NCBI GenBank assembly: GCA_047495785.1
Contig: JBLDXI010000007.1
Span: forward strand, 3,038,001-3,102,000
DNA: 64,000 nt
Source: Lepidodermella squamata
Taxonomy: Eukaryota; Animalia; Gastrotricha
Direction of reading: 5' to 3'
The notes beneath the pieces are model-generated. The model had not been told where the DNA came from. It saw nothing but the letters and a program-made list of their open reading frames with translations, and searched no databases. Below, piece by piece: positions 1 to 11,719 of the stretch (position 1 is its first letter; each line of letters begins with the position of its first letter). The translations under genes and the position numbers were made by a program.

Positions 1-138
1 CTCAATTTTCGTTTCCTCAATTGACATAGAACCGGTCCTGCTCGTGTTTCCTTTTTATTATTTAATCGAATTTGACCCCTTTTAAGAAACTATTTTCTGC
101 TAGATACCTAGTTTTTTTCATTTTTAGAATTTATCTTC

Positions 139-2136
139 ATGTTGAAATTGGTCTTTGGCAACGACGCCGTACCAGGCTCAACCGGAATTCAGACCAAACT
201 CCTATCGCTAAGAGCCCTAGAGGACATCTCAAAATTTGCGGAAGAGATTCGAACTCGCTGCCATGGTGGATTTGTTGCCTTTAAGGAGCATAAACTACAA
301 AAATTACAGTGGAAAATGCAAGGCGATAAATTTCTCCGAGAAGAAAACTGGGACGAGGCGTTCAACTGCTTCATGAAAATTGCCGATAATTACTTCGATT
401 TATCGCCCGAAATTTGCGAAAAACTCAGCAAAGCCGCCGTTGAAAGTTCCCGGCCGAAAATCGCCGCAAATTTCAGCACTTTCGGCTATTTACTCTACGG
501 CATGTCCGACAATATTATGGAAATTTATCGAAAAGCGTCCGGCGAACTTGGCTACAAAGTTGTTGGCTACGACCCAGCTTTAGGTAATATGTACCGCGGA
601 TTCAGCCCGATCGATTTCAAATACCACTGGATTCGACTTGAAGAAAATAATTTCGACGAAAATTGGGACGATGCGGCTAATTTAATTCGCCATTTATTCA
701 TGTATGCAAATAACTCGGAACAGGGCGAATACTACGCTGGCCAGTGTTTCGAAGCTCTTGATTCGAATCCGAGTTTTAAACAATTTGTCTCGAATTTTTC
801 AATTGAAAACATGACTTCGCCTCAATTTCGATTTTTAATCATGTTTTTAATCGTGGCGAAACATAAAAATTTCGCGATCGCTCTTCGAAAATTAGCGATG
901 GATCAGTGGTTTTACGAATTTTTGCAGAAAATTACCGAATCTTTTGTGAGTGATTCTGGCTTTCGGAAATGTTTGCAATTCAACGACATTTTCACGGCGA
1001 ATTTGCCTTGTTTAAACATTTACGCGAACCTATTATGGCCGAAAATTGAAAACAGCGAATTTTGCGATCTTGCTTGGATTGTGAGATTCATCCTGCTGCA
1101 GGTCCTCTCGGAAAAACGGCCAAATATCGAAATTTTCCGGCCAATTTATGCCATTCTTGAGAAAATTAATGGCAAAAATCTGCCGAGTGAAAATTTGCTG
1201 GAAGAAACTGTTGAATTTATTCCGTTTATTACCACGATTTTTTCGACTATTTTCACGCCTGATTTTTTGGCTGAATTTCTGACTAGCGTTAACGTGATAT
1301 TTCAACAAGAAGAAATTCGGCGAAATTTCGCGAAGAGCTCAACTTTTTCCGTCATTTTAGCCGCGATTTTGAAGCCGGAAAATTGCGCTAAAATTTGCTC
1401 GATTTTGAGCTCGTTATCCGACGATGAAAATGGCTGGAAAATGATGACAAGCTCCCACAATTTTTCGAAGCGATTATTGGAAAGTGCTGAGAATATCGCA
1501 AATGACGACGAAGTATATCGCTTTGATGAGTTGAACTATTTAATCGCGAAACTTATCGTTAATCAAGGCCGCGATCGAATTGATTCGTATTTTTCCGGCC
1601 AACTTTTCGCGCGTGGGAATTCTTCGTTCGCAAAATCTGTTTTTAGTACGATTATTCCGAAAAACTTTGGAATTTGCTTGTTGCTGCTTAAATACGCGAA
1701 TGATGAAACGAAACGGCGTTGGCTCAAGTTGTGTTCTGAATGGGATTTTCCGCGTTTAGCCCTACTGGCCATACTTAAATTCCACGAAATAGCCCTCGGT
1801 TGCTTTTCGTCCATCTCGGCGCGTTGTGAAGCTGTTGAATGCCTCCTGCTGGTTCGTCTATTGATTCTAACCAATTCGAAAGTCGCTAGTGATATCCCAT
1901 TTTTGAAAATTGAATCGGTTTTTCACTTGGAAAAAGCTGGCCGCCAAACGGACCCTTTCGTCCCAGAACTGAGCCTTTCTCTTGCGATTTTGCTGGCCCT
2001 ACTTGTTGAGAAAAACGATGAATTTCGAGCAAGTTTGAAGCGGGATAAAAAGATGATTCGAGGCATGATTGGTCAAGTGAAAGCTGCATTCAGCACGATT
2101 TTCAATAGACTGGGCAGGATGCATGTAACAAAATAA
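139..2136 (+). CDS. Intronless 665-aa unknown alpha-helical protein (N-terminal TPR-like motif, ARM/HEAT-like remainder); paralog of 61041-63017
   Basis: Long ORF. TPR-like segment GDKFLREENWDEAFNCF. N-terminus LVFGNDAVPG..IQTKLLSL..F.EEIRTR aligns with TVFGTDVHPG..VHQKLVDL..FLTEIRSR of the 61041-63017 ORF; DLAWIVR/DLNWAVK and LPSENLLEETV/LPTGDLLIETL also align. Fold assignment is inference. Confidence 0.8.
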   Translation: MLKLVFGNDAVPGSTGIQTKLLSLRALEDISKFAEEIRTRCHGGFVAFKEHKLQKLQWKMQGDKFLREENWDEAFNCFMKIADNYFDLSPEICEKLSKAAVESSRPKIAANFSTFGYLLYGMSDNIMEIYRKASGELGYKVVGYDPALGNMYRGFSPIDFKYHWIRLEENNFDENWDDAANLIRHLFMYANNSEQGEYYAGQCFEALDSNPSFKQFVSNFSIENMTSPQFRFLIMFLIVAKHKNFAIALRKLAMDQWFYEFLQKITESFVSDSGFRKCLQFNDIFTANLPCLNIYANLLWPKIENSEFCDLAWIVRFILLQVLSEKRPNIEIFRPIYAILEKINGKNLPSENLLEETVEFIPFITTIFSTIFTPDFLAEFLTSVNVIFQQEEIRRNFAKSSTFSVILAAILKPENCAKICSILSSLSDDENGWKMMTSSHNFSKRLLESAENIANDDEVYRFDELNYLIAKLIVNQGRDRIDSYFSGQLFARGNSSFAKSVFSTIIPKNFGICLLLLKYANDETKRRWLKLCSEWDFPRLALLAILKFHEIALGCFSSISARCEAVECLLLVRLLILTNSKVASDIPFLKIESVFHLEKAGRQTDPFVPELSLSLAILLALLVEKNDEFRASLKRDKKMIRGMIGQVKAAFSTIFNRLGRMHVTK

Positions 2137-2437
2137 CGAATTGTCCATGGGCTAAGCGGGTATATTTTTGCTGTTCAATTGAAGCTGAAATAAACAGGAT
2201 GATTTTTTTGTATTTTTCTTCTATATTCATATCGTTATTGATAAATATTTCGAATAGTAGTTTTGGAGAACTTATTTTTCGCGTGCCAGTAATTTTTTGA
2301 ATTATGAATAAGCTATTTATCACGATTTCTTCAAAGCTTGTAGGTACTGACAGATTCAAGGTTTGGCAAAATAGTTCATTCAACCTTTCTAGAACAATTT
2401 TTTTAAATTAATTAGAGAGTTTGTTGGACTGCATTTA

Positions 2438-3058
2438 ATGAAAATGAAACCTCCTCACGCCGAAGTTGTTGACTATTTCAACTGCTTCCGCGATGTTGAA
2501 AACTTGATGGGCTACGGTACAATTCGAATGGCGATCGAAGTTGCCAATCGAACGATGAAATACGTCATCCTGCCAATGCTAAGATCCGGCACTAAAGCTG
2601 TCTACTGCGATCCCAGCGTTAATTTCAGATCTTGGACAATGTCTGGCCGGTTCGTAGAACACCTTACTATGTTAAAGTACAAGCCGGAGATCATGCGGAG
2701 ATATTACATCTTTACGCTTCACTTCTTCAAACATGAACAGTTAACAGCTGAACTGTGGCAATTGATGGATGACGACGAGAATCGTGGTGAAAATTCTATA
2801 GCCGATCAAGTTGGCCTGCGAAACATTTCGACTAGCGATGTCTACAAGCGTATCTACAATGAATTGCAGGGTTTGTACCCGTTTTCACTTCAAGCATTTG
2901 CTCGCTCGGCGGTTTTGAGGCAACTACCTTCTGGGTTGGAAAATCGCCGAATGGCCATCGAAGAACTGGATCTTCCTCTTAGTTTGAAGCAATTTCTCAA
3001 TTTTAGCGAGTTGGATTTTGATCCTACAGTCAGTGATGACCCAATTGTTCGCGATTAA
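2438..3058 (+). CDS. SOCS-box family member, C-terminal half only (206 aa)
   Basis: YPFSLQAFARSAVLRQLP...AIEELDLPLSLKQFLNF = BC box plus cullin box. Shares KYVILPMLRSG and RRYYIFTLHF motifs with exon 2 of the other array genes. Acceptor-like AATTAG ends at 2415. No family exon 1 fits in the 300 bp upstream. Confidence 0.75.
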   Translation: MKMKPPHAEVVDYFNCFRDVENLMGYGTIRMAIEVANRTMKYVILPMLRSGTKAVYCDPSVNFRSWTMSGRFVEHLTMLKYKPEIMRRYYIFTLHFFKHEQLTAELWQLMDDDENRGENSIADQVGLRNISTSDVYKRIYNELQGLYPFSLQAFARSAVLRQLPSGLENRRMAIEELDLPLSLKQFLNFSELDFDPTVSDDPIVRD

Positions 3059-4238
3059 TTTCTAAAGTTAAGAAAATAATAAAACAAAATATTTTTTGAA
3101 GGTCAGGATTCTTTTGAGAGCTTAAGCATTTTAGCTTTTTAGTCCGATTTTGGGCCGCGCGCATGCCTGCGAATATTGCGGCGATTTTAGCAACAAAACT
3201 GAATTCAGAAAATTATCTATAGAATAAATAAATTGATTTCGCGTGTGAATATTGAAATGCAACACACTCTAGAATGTTGGTGATGATTCTACAACCGTGC
3301 GTATAACGGGACTACTCCATAACAGCCAAAGAAAAACGGAAGAGACCAAGAGACATTTGAATGGGTGATCCTAGTGGGCCAATTTTTCTACCACAGGTAA
3401 GTTCTTAGGTACAGCTAACGCCAAGTAAAATTTTGCTGTTATCGGGTCGTTCATGAACAAAAGTTCGTAAAAAGTTCGTAAAAAAAGTCGTTCAGTAAAC
3501 AAAATTGCAAATTTACACTTTTCCTTCGATCGCAACCCTGATAGAAAATTGTTCTAATTTTGTTAAAGCAGCCGCAATAATCGAAGTAGCTCTTTAAATT
3601 CAGCGCGCGTGGTCAAATATTATAAAATTATATTACAATTTAGAATTTTTGCGTGCGCGCCCAAGATCACAGTTCTCAGTTTACCCTCCACTTGCGCAAC
3701 ATGATGGTGTCTCAAACTTGGACTCATTCCTCCAAGGTCTCAAAGCGACATTGGGAAATTTCCAGCACGTTAGCATAGTGCAGCCGAAACAGTATAATTA
3801 TAATAAAACGGCCTCTGCGCCTTGGAGGAATCATTCCGCGCACGCACTCCTATTATAGTTGGCGGGTCTCGTTGCGCAACAGCTAATTATAGTAGTGCGC
3901 GCGCGGAGGAAACACCGGCGAGCGGGAGAATTAGCCAAAATTACACGTTACAGGTTACGCGCGCGGTCCAAAATTAGGCTAAGTTTCATTCCGCTTCATT
4001 CAAAATTAGATTAACATTCAAATTTCGCAGAAGCTCACAGTTTAACCTCAATTGCATGATGACTGTTTTAGTGGGATTGAGAAAAGTGTGACACCACGTG
4101 AAGTCTCAATTGAAGTCTCAAGACGCACCTGTTGCCAATAGCAGAAGTCGTATTACTCTTCTCAGCCGAGTAAATCCGAGTCTTCAAACGTTTATTTCTA
4201 ATGTAAATAGAATCGACCCTTTTTGGTTTATTCCTAAA

Positions 4239-4405
4239 ATGAATGCTCATGACGATGAAATTTGCGATCAATTGGTTACTTGCCCGTTATCTGGGCTTAG
4301 CTTTCGCGCAAATATATTCGACTTCCTTCAAGAATTAATCGACGAAGCAGCGGATAGCCTTGAATTGCCTGCCGAGAAGTTCATTTTGGTAACGGATGGT
4401 TATAG
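4239..4405 (+). pseudogene. Truncated exon-1 fragment of SOCS-box family gene
   Basis: AHDDEICDQLVTCPLSGLSFR...ADSLELPAEKFILVTDGY aligns with ANHDEKCDEYTTCPLSGREFR...ASSLELPADEFFMITDGY (6678). Homology stops at ~4405. Confidence 0.8.
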
Positions 4406-5267
4406 AAATTTTTTGGATTCACATTAACTCAAGGCTATTACCGCACATGTTCAAGGCATTAGGAATTTTTCTGGCCATGAGACACAATTTCGTCACTCAT
4501 CGTAGGCTTTTTTCTTGTATTATCGCTGTTTGCGTTATTCATAAAACAAGCTGTAATAGGCTGGCTAAAAAACCAGCAGCGGTATTTTTGATTTATTTTA
4601 TTTCAATTTTGATTTATTTTTATCAAAACTAGCTACAAATGTGAAAAATCCCAAATTTTGCGCGCATCGATTGGACATATCAGGGAAATTCTCATTCATA
4701 AGTTTGCCCTCTATAGCACATGCCGTGACCTAGATTGTACCGCCTTTGATCATTTTACGCTCGCCGTTGATGATAGGCCTTACGCGCTTGTTGGTAATAA
4801 AGATGAGTAAATATGTGCGGCATTTATTTCGTCTGTTTCGCGTGCTCGTGCCAATGAAGACTTCGAAACGTGTTAAATAGCGCTGGTCAGTCTAATAGTC
4901 TTGCTAATCTCATCTTTTCCCCATTGTCCTTCGTTTTCGGTTTTTCGTAAAACAAATCAGTTCGAAATCGATCAATCAAGAATCGCGAAAATAGAAAATA
5001 CAAACTCTAGTTTTAACAAATCGCTATGTTCAGAAAATCTTCTCGAGAAAATCACGTTGAATCTCATTTTCCGTTGTCCCAAGTCTTTGTTATTCTTTTT
5101 GATAATTTGAATTGATAATTCTAAAATAATCAAGTTGGTTACGGTAACAGGAGGGCCCATTCTTTATGTAAGTATCAGGAATTTTTTGAGCATGAATTTC
5201 GGAAAAAAGTCACATAATTGTTTATTTATTTAATTTATTTTACTTATTATTAATCGATTACCAAATC

Positions 5268-6290
5268 GGTAAAATAAAATCTGCCGCCCCAAAAGGTGAA
5301 AGTTCGTTTAATCTCAGCCCTCATTTAATAATAGCGCGCCCTCTCGTTTTAAATACGCGCGCCCTCGTTTTGAAGAGGCGCGCCCTAATAGTAAACAAAG
5401 TCGCCCAGGTTGGTTAAACCACCGCCCAATTTCATTTATTCAATTTGGGCGGCTTTCAGCTCATTTTTCATTTAAATCAGTGCTCCGAAAACTCGGATTT
5501 TTTTCCGGCCGCGTGTGGCCGGCATGGCGGCCGGTTTCTCAAAGAATTGCTGGAATGCGGCCGGAAGCCTAGTTTCGCACGATCATAACCCGAAAATCAG
5601 CTTGTTTTGCACTATTTTCAGCCGGCGTGTAAACACTCGAACGCAGATAATTCCTTGATCCCCGGCAAGTCGCTTTAACGCGGCGAGCTTGCAACACCTT
5701 CGACAGGCGTGCGAGGGGCGTAGCGGGTGTATGAACTTTACACGCGGTGTGCAATTATTAATAAAATGCTTGAAGAGACACGCTTCCACGTCGTAATTTG
5801 TTCGGCCTGTAATAAGCATCCCTTGAACATAAAGCCGCCCCTAAACCTGGCCGTTAGACGATTGATAAGTGTCTCATGTCCTAACATGTCCCTGCTCAAG
5901 CATTAGAGGCTATTGCTTTTACGGATATTGCTTCGCTGCTCCGATTGCCAAATTGTCCCAAAAAATCGTCCGCTCGCTGTTAATCATATCCCAGGTGGTA
6001 GGCATTTTGGTTCTTATACCGTTTCAGCCGATGTTATGTTGATACCAATGAAGGAATAGAGGTGCGGCTAATAGGCGCATCATCATCACATTTGCAATTT
6101 TCTTATTTTAACGGGGCGACGTTTTATATTTCAAGGCGACTGATTATCAGTCAGGTGCGGCCTTCCGCCTTGAGGGGCGGATTAAGGCGAATTAGTGCGG
6201 CGATCGCGCAATGAGGGCGACTTTATTTATTGTTAGGCGACACAAATGGGGCGAACTTTTACCTTTTTGGGCGACAGATTTTACCTCACC
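5268..6290. mobile_element. Non-autonomous DNA transposon/MITE with long degenerate TIRs
   Basis: taaaatctgccgccccaaaaggtgaaagttc (~5276) is the reverse complement of gaacttttacctttttgggcgacagatttta (~6253). A further inverted pair aaagtcgccc/gggcgacttt lies inside. No transposase ORF. Confidence 0.7.
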
Positions 6291-7291
6291 CATTACCTAA
6301 TCGCCAGAATTTTTCATTGCAATTTTCCTTAATTTCTGGAAAATTCCGAAAACAGATGAATTTCTGAAAGATTTACTCACACTTTGAATGATGTCGCGCC
6401 AGAACAGTGTGCCGAAAATAGAAACAAATGGCGTAATGCATTTGATGCGCAGAAAAAACTGGCGTTCAACTTTTTTCCAGCGATCATAGGCACGCGACTG
6501 ATTTGGCGAAGATGCAAATAGCTAGTTTTACGCCATTTGTTTCTATTTCCGGCACACTGTTCTGTGAAAGTCTCCCAGACAAGCAAGAAATAATGACGCG
6601 TTTCTTAGGCTCCTTCGGGTAAATTTTGTACCCTCAGGTTAATTCACTGTCAATAGATCTTTAAATATTCTGGTTGAATGATCGAAGCTAACCATGATGA
6701 GAAGTGCGATGAATACACAACTTGCCCGTTATCTGGGCGTGAATTTCGTGAAAAATTGGACGATTTCTCGCAAGAATTGATCAAACGAGCTGCTTCCAGC
6801 CTAGAATTACCCGCCGACGAATTTTTCATGATAACTGATGGCTACATGATTAATAATGGCTACGTCATAGCGCTGGTGCCATGCCGCTTTCTTGGCAATT
6901 TTCTGGCTGCTGGGCGGCAAAGTGACCCGCAAACTTTCGGCTCAACTCTAATTCAATGCTGCCTCGATCGAGTAATGACTTCAGGCCCGAAATTTAGCCC
7001 AAATGACGCTATCCTTCTGTACTTGTCTATCTGCTTCGCGCAATATGAACCTTTGAAAGCTTTCATGGAATCGAGAGGGCACCTCATACCACGCTGTTAT
7101 CTTCAGGCTATGTTAGAGCCGGCGTTCAAAACCCACGCTGATTGTCTGAAGAGCGCGCCAGGGCATCAGAATTACGCCCCGTTCGGGGTCCGATGTGAAG
7201 CTGTCGACCTTTTGATGGAATCAGGGGCTGATTTAGCGACGTTATCTGCTCGCGATTGTGAGCGTGAGTTTCCGAGAAATTAAAAATGTTA

Positions 7292-7735
7292 AGTTGCGCA
7301 ACGATTTTGTAAATTTGCGAATTTTTGAAGAAAATTGAACTAATTTTTTGAAATTTAGAGAATTTTCACGATTTTACCGAAAAGTAAAAAGAATGTACTG
7401 GAGAAACCCCTGAAAACCCCGATGGTAACTGGTTCAGTAATTTTCCGTTTTTACCTGGTTGGATCTAATTTCATCGGATTTTTTTAATCCCATTTGCAAA
7501 TTGGCGGAAAAGGAATCACAAACTCTAAAACGATAGGAAAAGTTTTGCTGACGGCCAAAAAAATCCTTGAAGAAAAATTCAAAATGGAACAAGAATAGCA
7601 ATAAAGTAAAGCAATGAGTTAATTCCGAGGAAATTTTGTGTAAAATACCGAAAATTACCGAACCAGTTACCATCTGGATTTTCAGGGTTTTTTCTCCGGT
7701 AAATTCTTTTAATTTTCGGTAAAATCGTGGATAGA
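7292..7735. mobile_element. Intronic fold-back remnant of a Tc1/mariner-like MITE family (also 16936-17379)
   Basis: Inverted arms ~7365-7452 / ~7643-7733 (gatggtaactggttc / gaaccagttaccatc). The same sequence occurs at ~11000-11180, where it ends in cttatgggacacgctgTA (TA|CAG terminus). Confidence 0.6.
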
Positions 7736-8064
7736 ACATTCTCCCGGTCTTTTTAGTTAAATAATTAGGCGAATTTTCTACAAAATTTTGCGAAATTGGA
7801 AAATTGATGAGAATTGATGATTGAAAGGTTGATGAGAAATCTCGCTGGAATTTAAAATTATTGGTAAAATTATGGAATTAACTGACCGGACTTTCTTGCT
7901 TTTTTAACCTATTTTCAATCACTAAGAATTATCTGCCATTTACTTAATAATTCTTAAAAATTCTATTAAATTTCAGAAATTCTTGGCAATATTTTCAGTA
8001 GCTATCTTCAACTTGGATTTGATCAGCAAGTTCCGACTGAAGCGCTTGGAAACGTGTTTAACAA

Positions 8065-8486
8065 ACGATAGGAAAAGTTTTGCTGACGGCCAAAAAAATC
8101 CTTGAAGAAAAATTCAAAATGGAACAAGAATAGCAATAAAGTATAGCAATGAGTTAATTCCGAGGAAATTTTGTGTAAAATACCGAAAATTACCGAACCA
8201 GTTACCATCTGGATTTTCAGGGTTTTTTCTCCGGTAAATTCTTTTAATTTTCGGTAAAATCGTGGATAGAACATTCTCCCGGTCTTTTTAGTTAAATAAT
8301 TAGGCGAATTTTCTACAAAATTTTGCGAAATTGGAAAATTGATGAGAATTGATGATTGAAAGGTTGATGAGATTGAAGATTGAAGGCGCTGTGGTGAGGC
8401 GCCATAACTTAACGTTTTGTTAATTCCTAATTGCTAAATGTCGAAAGACAAATTGCAAAATAAAACAGTATCAGTATCAGTAACAA
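8065..8486 (+). mobile_element. Chimeric insertion: copy of the gene's own intron plus a non-LTR-like 3' tail, 6-bp TSD
   Basis: 8065-~8370 repeats ~7530-7835. Then ~115 bp unique sequence ending AATAAAA-cagtat-cagtat-cag. TAACAA is present at 8059-8064 and 8481-8486 but only once in the intact copy. Confidence 0.7.
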
Positions 8487-9657
8487 GGTGACGAAAACTC
8501 TGCATTTTCCTCCTGATTTCTGGCTTCGCTACCTCAATCGACCTCTAGCGCACCTTGAAATTTTCTTCCACAATCCGTCAATTCTGAGCTACATCATGAA
8601 AGAATTTGTCGAGATTAAATTGCCTGATTCTGGCAACTTCAAGCTGAACTTTTTCGATATGGTCAACCCCAGCCAGTATTTCGATAATCATGCCGTCAGG
8701 CCTTATTTAGCCCTGAAGCTCGTCGCCTTGCCTTATTTGAGATCTGGCCTGCCTATCGATAACATTTCTTGCTTAACCTCGCCGAATTACGCCCGGCGGC
8801 TTGTCGAAGACTGGGATTGCCGGTGACTTGGGCGGTTACATCGCGAAACGATACTTCCTATTCGCCTTGCACTTCATGGATCTCAACGGCTTTAATTTAT
8901 CTAAAATAATAAATTTTACGTCAGCTCGCGGGAGTGAAATTTTCGATTTATTCATCGAATCAGGTCGCCAATATCCATTCACGCTGCGGGGATTTTGCCG
9001 CCGCGTTATCTTGAGGCATCTCCCAGCTGGCGTGAACAGGCGCCCAGCGGCGATTAAATCGCTGGATATTCCGAGCAGCTGGGAGGACTTTCTGAATTTC
9101 AGCGATTTGGATTTCAAAGTCGACTGGAATGTTGTTACAAGGTTTTTGGCCAACCGCAGCTTTAATGATCTGGATTAACTCGAAAACATGCGCCAAAATG
9201 ACAATTTCGTTGAATTTACACCTGTTCTCGTTTTTTGTTATCGTTTTTACGGATTTTCTTTGACGCTGATACGTTATACTTTTATTTGCTCATTTTATTA
9301 TATTATCACCGTTTTTACTCGAGTTCCAGCTTTGACTTGTCGTAACATCTACTTGTTTTGTTATTTATGAAGTATTTATCGATTTTTCGTTCATAATATT
9401 CCGTGTTTTTTCTCTTTTTTTTAGGTGTAATTTTGATATTAAATCTTCATGGCAAGCCGCGGCAAACGATGCTCTTGAAAAGGTTTTCCTCGAGATCCTC
9501 GAATGGGTCCTCGAATTAAGCTGTATTTAAATTTGAGCGTTCTAAAATAATTTTCATTAATAATTTGTTAATTAAATTAAGCGTTAAATTTTCTTAGTTC
9601 TTAGTCTTAAAAATTCTCACCGCCAGGAATGATTAACATCAGATATACCCTCAACTG

Positions 9658-10030
9658 GGGTGACTTTTGCATCCCAAAAATCGAAGATAGTAAGGTAAAT
9701 ACCCCGTGAGTGGGGTGCCGTTGGATAGCCCAAGGAAAAGCCAGCCTGAATGTGTGCAATGCACATCGATACAACCCATCTAGGGACATATAATAGCAGG
9801 GTAAGTTTTGAGAAAATTTTGAAATGTTTTTATTAAAACTTTGGTGACTGCCCAATTGAAACGGTATGATTAAACTGATGCGATTTTCAGACAGCATTTT
9901 CTCCGGGCTATCCAACGGTACCCCCATCGGGGGCATTTACCTTACCATCTTCGATTTTTGGTATGCCAAAGTCACCCTATTTTGGTACGTCAAAGTGACC
10001 CCACTGCCCAAAGTCACCCTATTTGACGGT
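9658..10030. mobile_element. MITE-like inverted repeat with aaagtcaccc subrepeats (also ~18893-19270)
   Basis: Arms 9658-9730 and 9905-9978 are near reverse complements (gggtgactttt...ttggatagccc / gggctatccaa...aaagtcaccc). Confidence 0.7.
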
Positions 10031-10793
10031 AGATATGTGTTACTAACTTTCAAGCGAAAAAATATCACATGTGTGTACTCTATCCAGCGAATCCAGGGGT
10101 TGAATACTTGTCCAATGCGATCGTTGATCTTATTGCGTAAGACAAATGGGTCAAGTTGAGCACGATTCGACCCGGTTTTCGACCCTGTCCCAAACTGGTC
10201 GTGACCCAATTACGATCACGCGGTCGCGATTTTGATGGGCCGTGCTTGTCCCAATTTTCCATTGAACATTTTTGCTCGATATGTCGTGATAAGAAACGTT
10301 GTCGCCATTCGTGACCTGATGGTTGTTTCCTCGTGATGTATATTTAGCATCTCCAAGTCATGTGATAAACGTCAGGCATTCGATAAGAAAATTGGTTCAC
10401 GGATAATCATTCACGTCCGTTTTCTAGCGAAAGCACGTGCTTGGAATTTTAAAATGCGTCATATCAGTCCCATTTTGGTTGTTACTGTCGTAGTGCTGAT
10501 CATTTTCGCCGGAAAAATCGCTTATTTTTTGAGTTTGACGTGTTCCCTGAAATAGCAATTATTTTTATTTTATTTTGCCCACACCCGATAGACGCGTATT
10601 TTGCGATATGAGCGGTCTAGGTTCGAGGGGACGGAGTAATCGGTATCGATTTTCTGTTATCGATTAAATAAATCAGTCGTTATCAGCCGAAGAAATTTTT
10701 CATAATTATCTGGGTAGCTACAATATTCAATCTAAGGGTAGTTGGGTGCATCATCGAACGAGAAAGGCAATACTGGAAATCGAAAACTCCTTA

Positions 10794-10972
10794 TCCCACT
10801 CACAAGAGGCATACTTTACCTACTACTATTCTTATGGCATTTTAGATTTTTTTAAGATTTTTCTGACCATTAGACATGACTTCCCCTCTCATCATTTTAG
10901 TAGGAGAAATCTTAGAAAAATCTAAAATGCCATACGAATAGTAATAAAGTATTATGTCTCTTGTGAGTGGGT
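10794..10972. mobile_element. Hairpin MITE (longer version at ~20019-20238, TTAA-flanked)
   Basis: tcccactcacaagag...ctcttgtgagtggg terminal inverted repeats; TTAA on both sides in the 20-kb copy. Confidence 0.7.
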
Positions 10973-10999
10973 TTAAAAAATCCGAAGAAAGTTGATCCA

Positions 11000-11180
11000 G
11001 CCAGGTAAAAACCGAAAATTCCCGAACCAGTTACCATCGAGTTTTCCGGGTTTTCTTCGGCAATTTTTAAATTTCTTCGGTAAAATCATGGATAAAGGAT
11101 TGAAGACTCCTCAGTTGGCTAAATTTCAAAAATTAGTTTCGATCTTTTAACAACTTTGGAAATTACAAAATGGTTGTGCA
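11000..11180 (-). mobile_element. Tc1/mariner-like MITE end (also ~20265-20465)
   Basis: Reverse complement begins TA-CAGCGTGTCCCATAAGTTGC. Homologous to the intronic element at 7292-7735. Confidence 0.55.
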
Positions 11181-11683
11181 ACTTATGGGACACGCTGTAT
11201 CAGATAAGGTATGAATAGCAGAGTATATAGCAGCGACTAATATGGTTTTAGGCTTTTGATAGATGATAATTATTGGTGGCAAATTTTATGGTTTAAATAT
11301 CGCTTTTTCCAATTGTTACATAAGGCTTTCAGGAGGCAACTATTGTCTGTGGCGCCCAGTCGCAAATATAGCTAGCGCGCGATGCCAAGATCGCGTGCCT
11401 GTACGTAAAATTGTTTTTTTTTGAACTTTTCATCAGACAGCTATGTCACCCGACAACCTACATCTTTTGTTAAATTTGCCTAAATTCAAACTTTGCCGAT
11501 CATTTTTGAACTATATCGCCTAGCCCAGGAACCTGAAAACTTGGTTCTTTACATTCGATCCAAGGCTCTTACCGATTCGAGGACTAGAAATGATTTGTGG
11601 AACCCGTTAATTGGCGGAATCGGGACTTCAAAATGACGTCCTTAGACTTGTTGTACCCTTAAAACTGGGTTCTTGCATGTCTC

Positions 11684-11708
11684 TGTGTGTGTGTGTGTGT
11701 GTGTGTGT
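11684..11708. repeat. (GT)n microsatellite
   Basis: Seen directly; the duplicate at 20950-20984 is (CT)n(GT)n with a different length. Confidence 0.95.
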
Positions 11709-11719
11709 TTGAATACATG

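Larger units (their letters stand above)
6678..9178 (+). pseudogene. Disrupted SOCS-box family gene (copy of 16322-18405)
   Basis: Exon 1 is 6678-7263; exon 2 starts at 7977. Exon 2 carries a ~420-bp insertion (8065-8486) and a 5-bp deletion near 8815 (gactgggattgcc vs gactgggattggattgcc) that shifts the frame before the SOCS box. Confidence 0.9.

Noticed and set aside
3540-4080. GCGCGC-rich stretch as a regulatory island or element
   Set aside because: No termini, TSD or second copy could be identified.
8801-8826. Programmed frameshift between overlapping ORFs
   Set aside because: The intact duplicate shows a simple 5-bp deletion in an already disrupted copy.
7434-10262. Short ORFs in introns and MITEs (7434-7739, 8023-8274, 9607-10262) and antisense ORFs over real exons
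   Set aside because: They lie in repeats or shadow true coding frames; recurrence is due only to DNA duplication.
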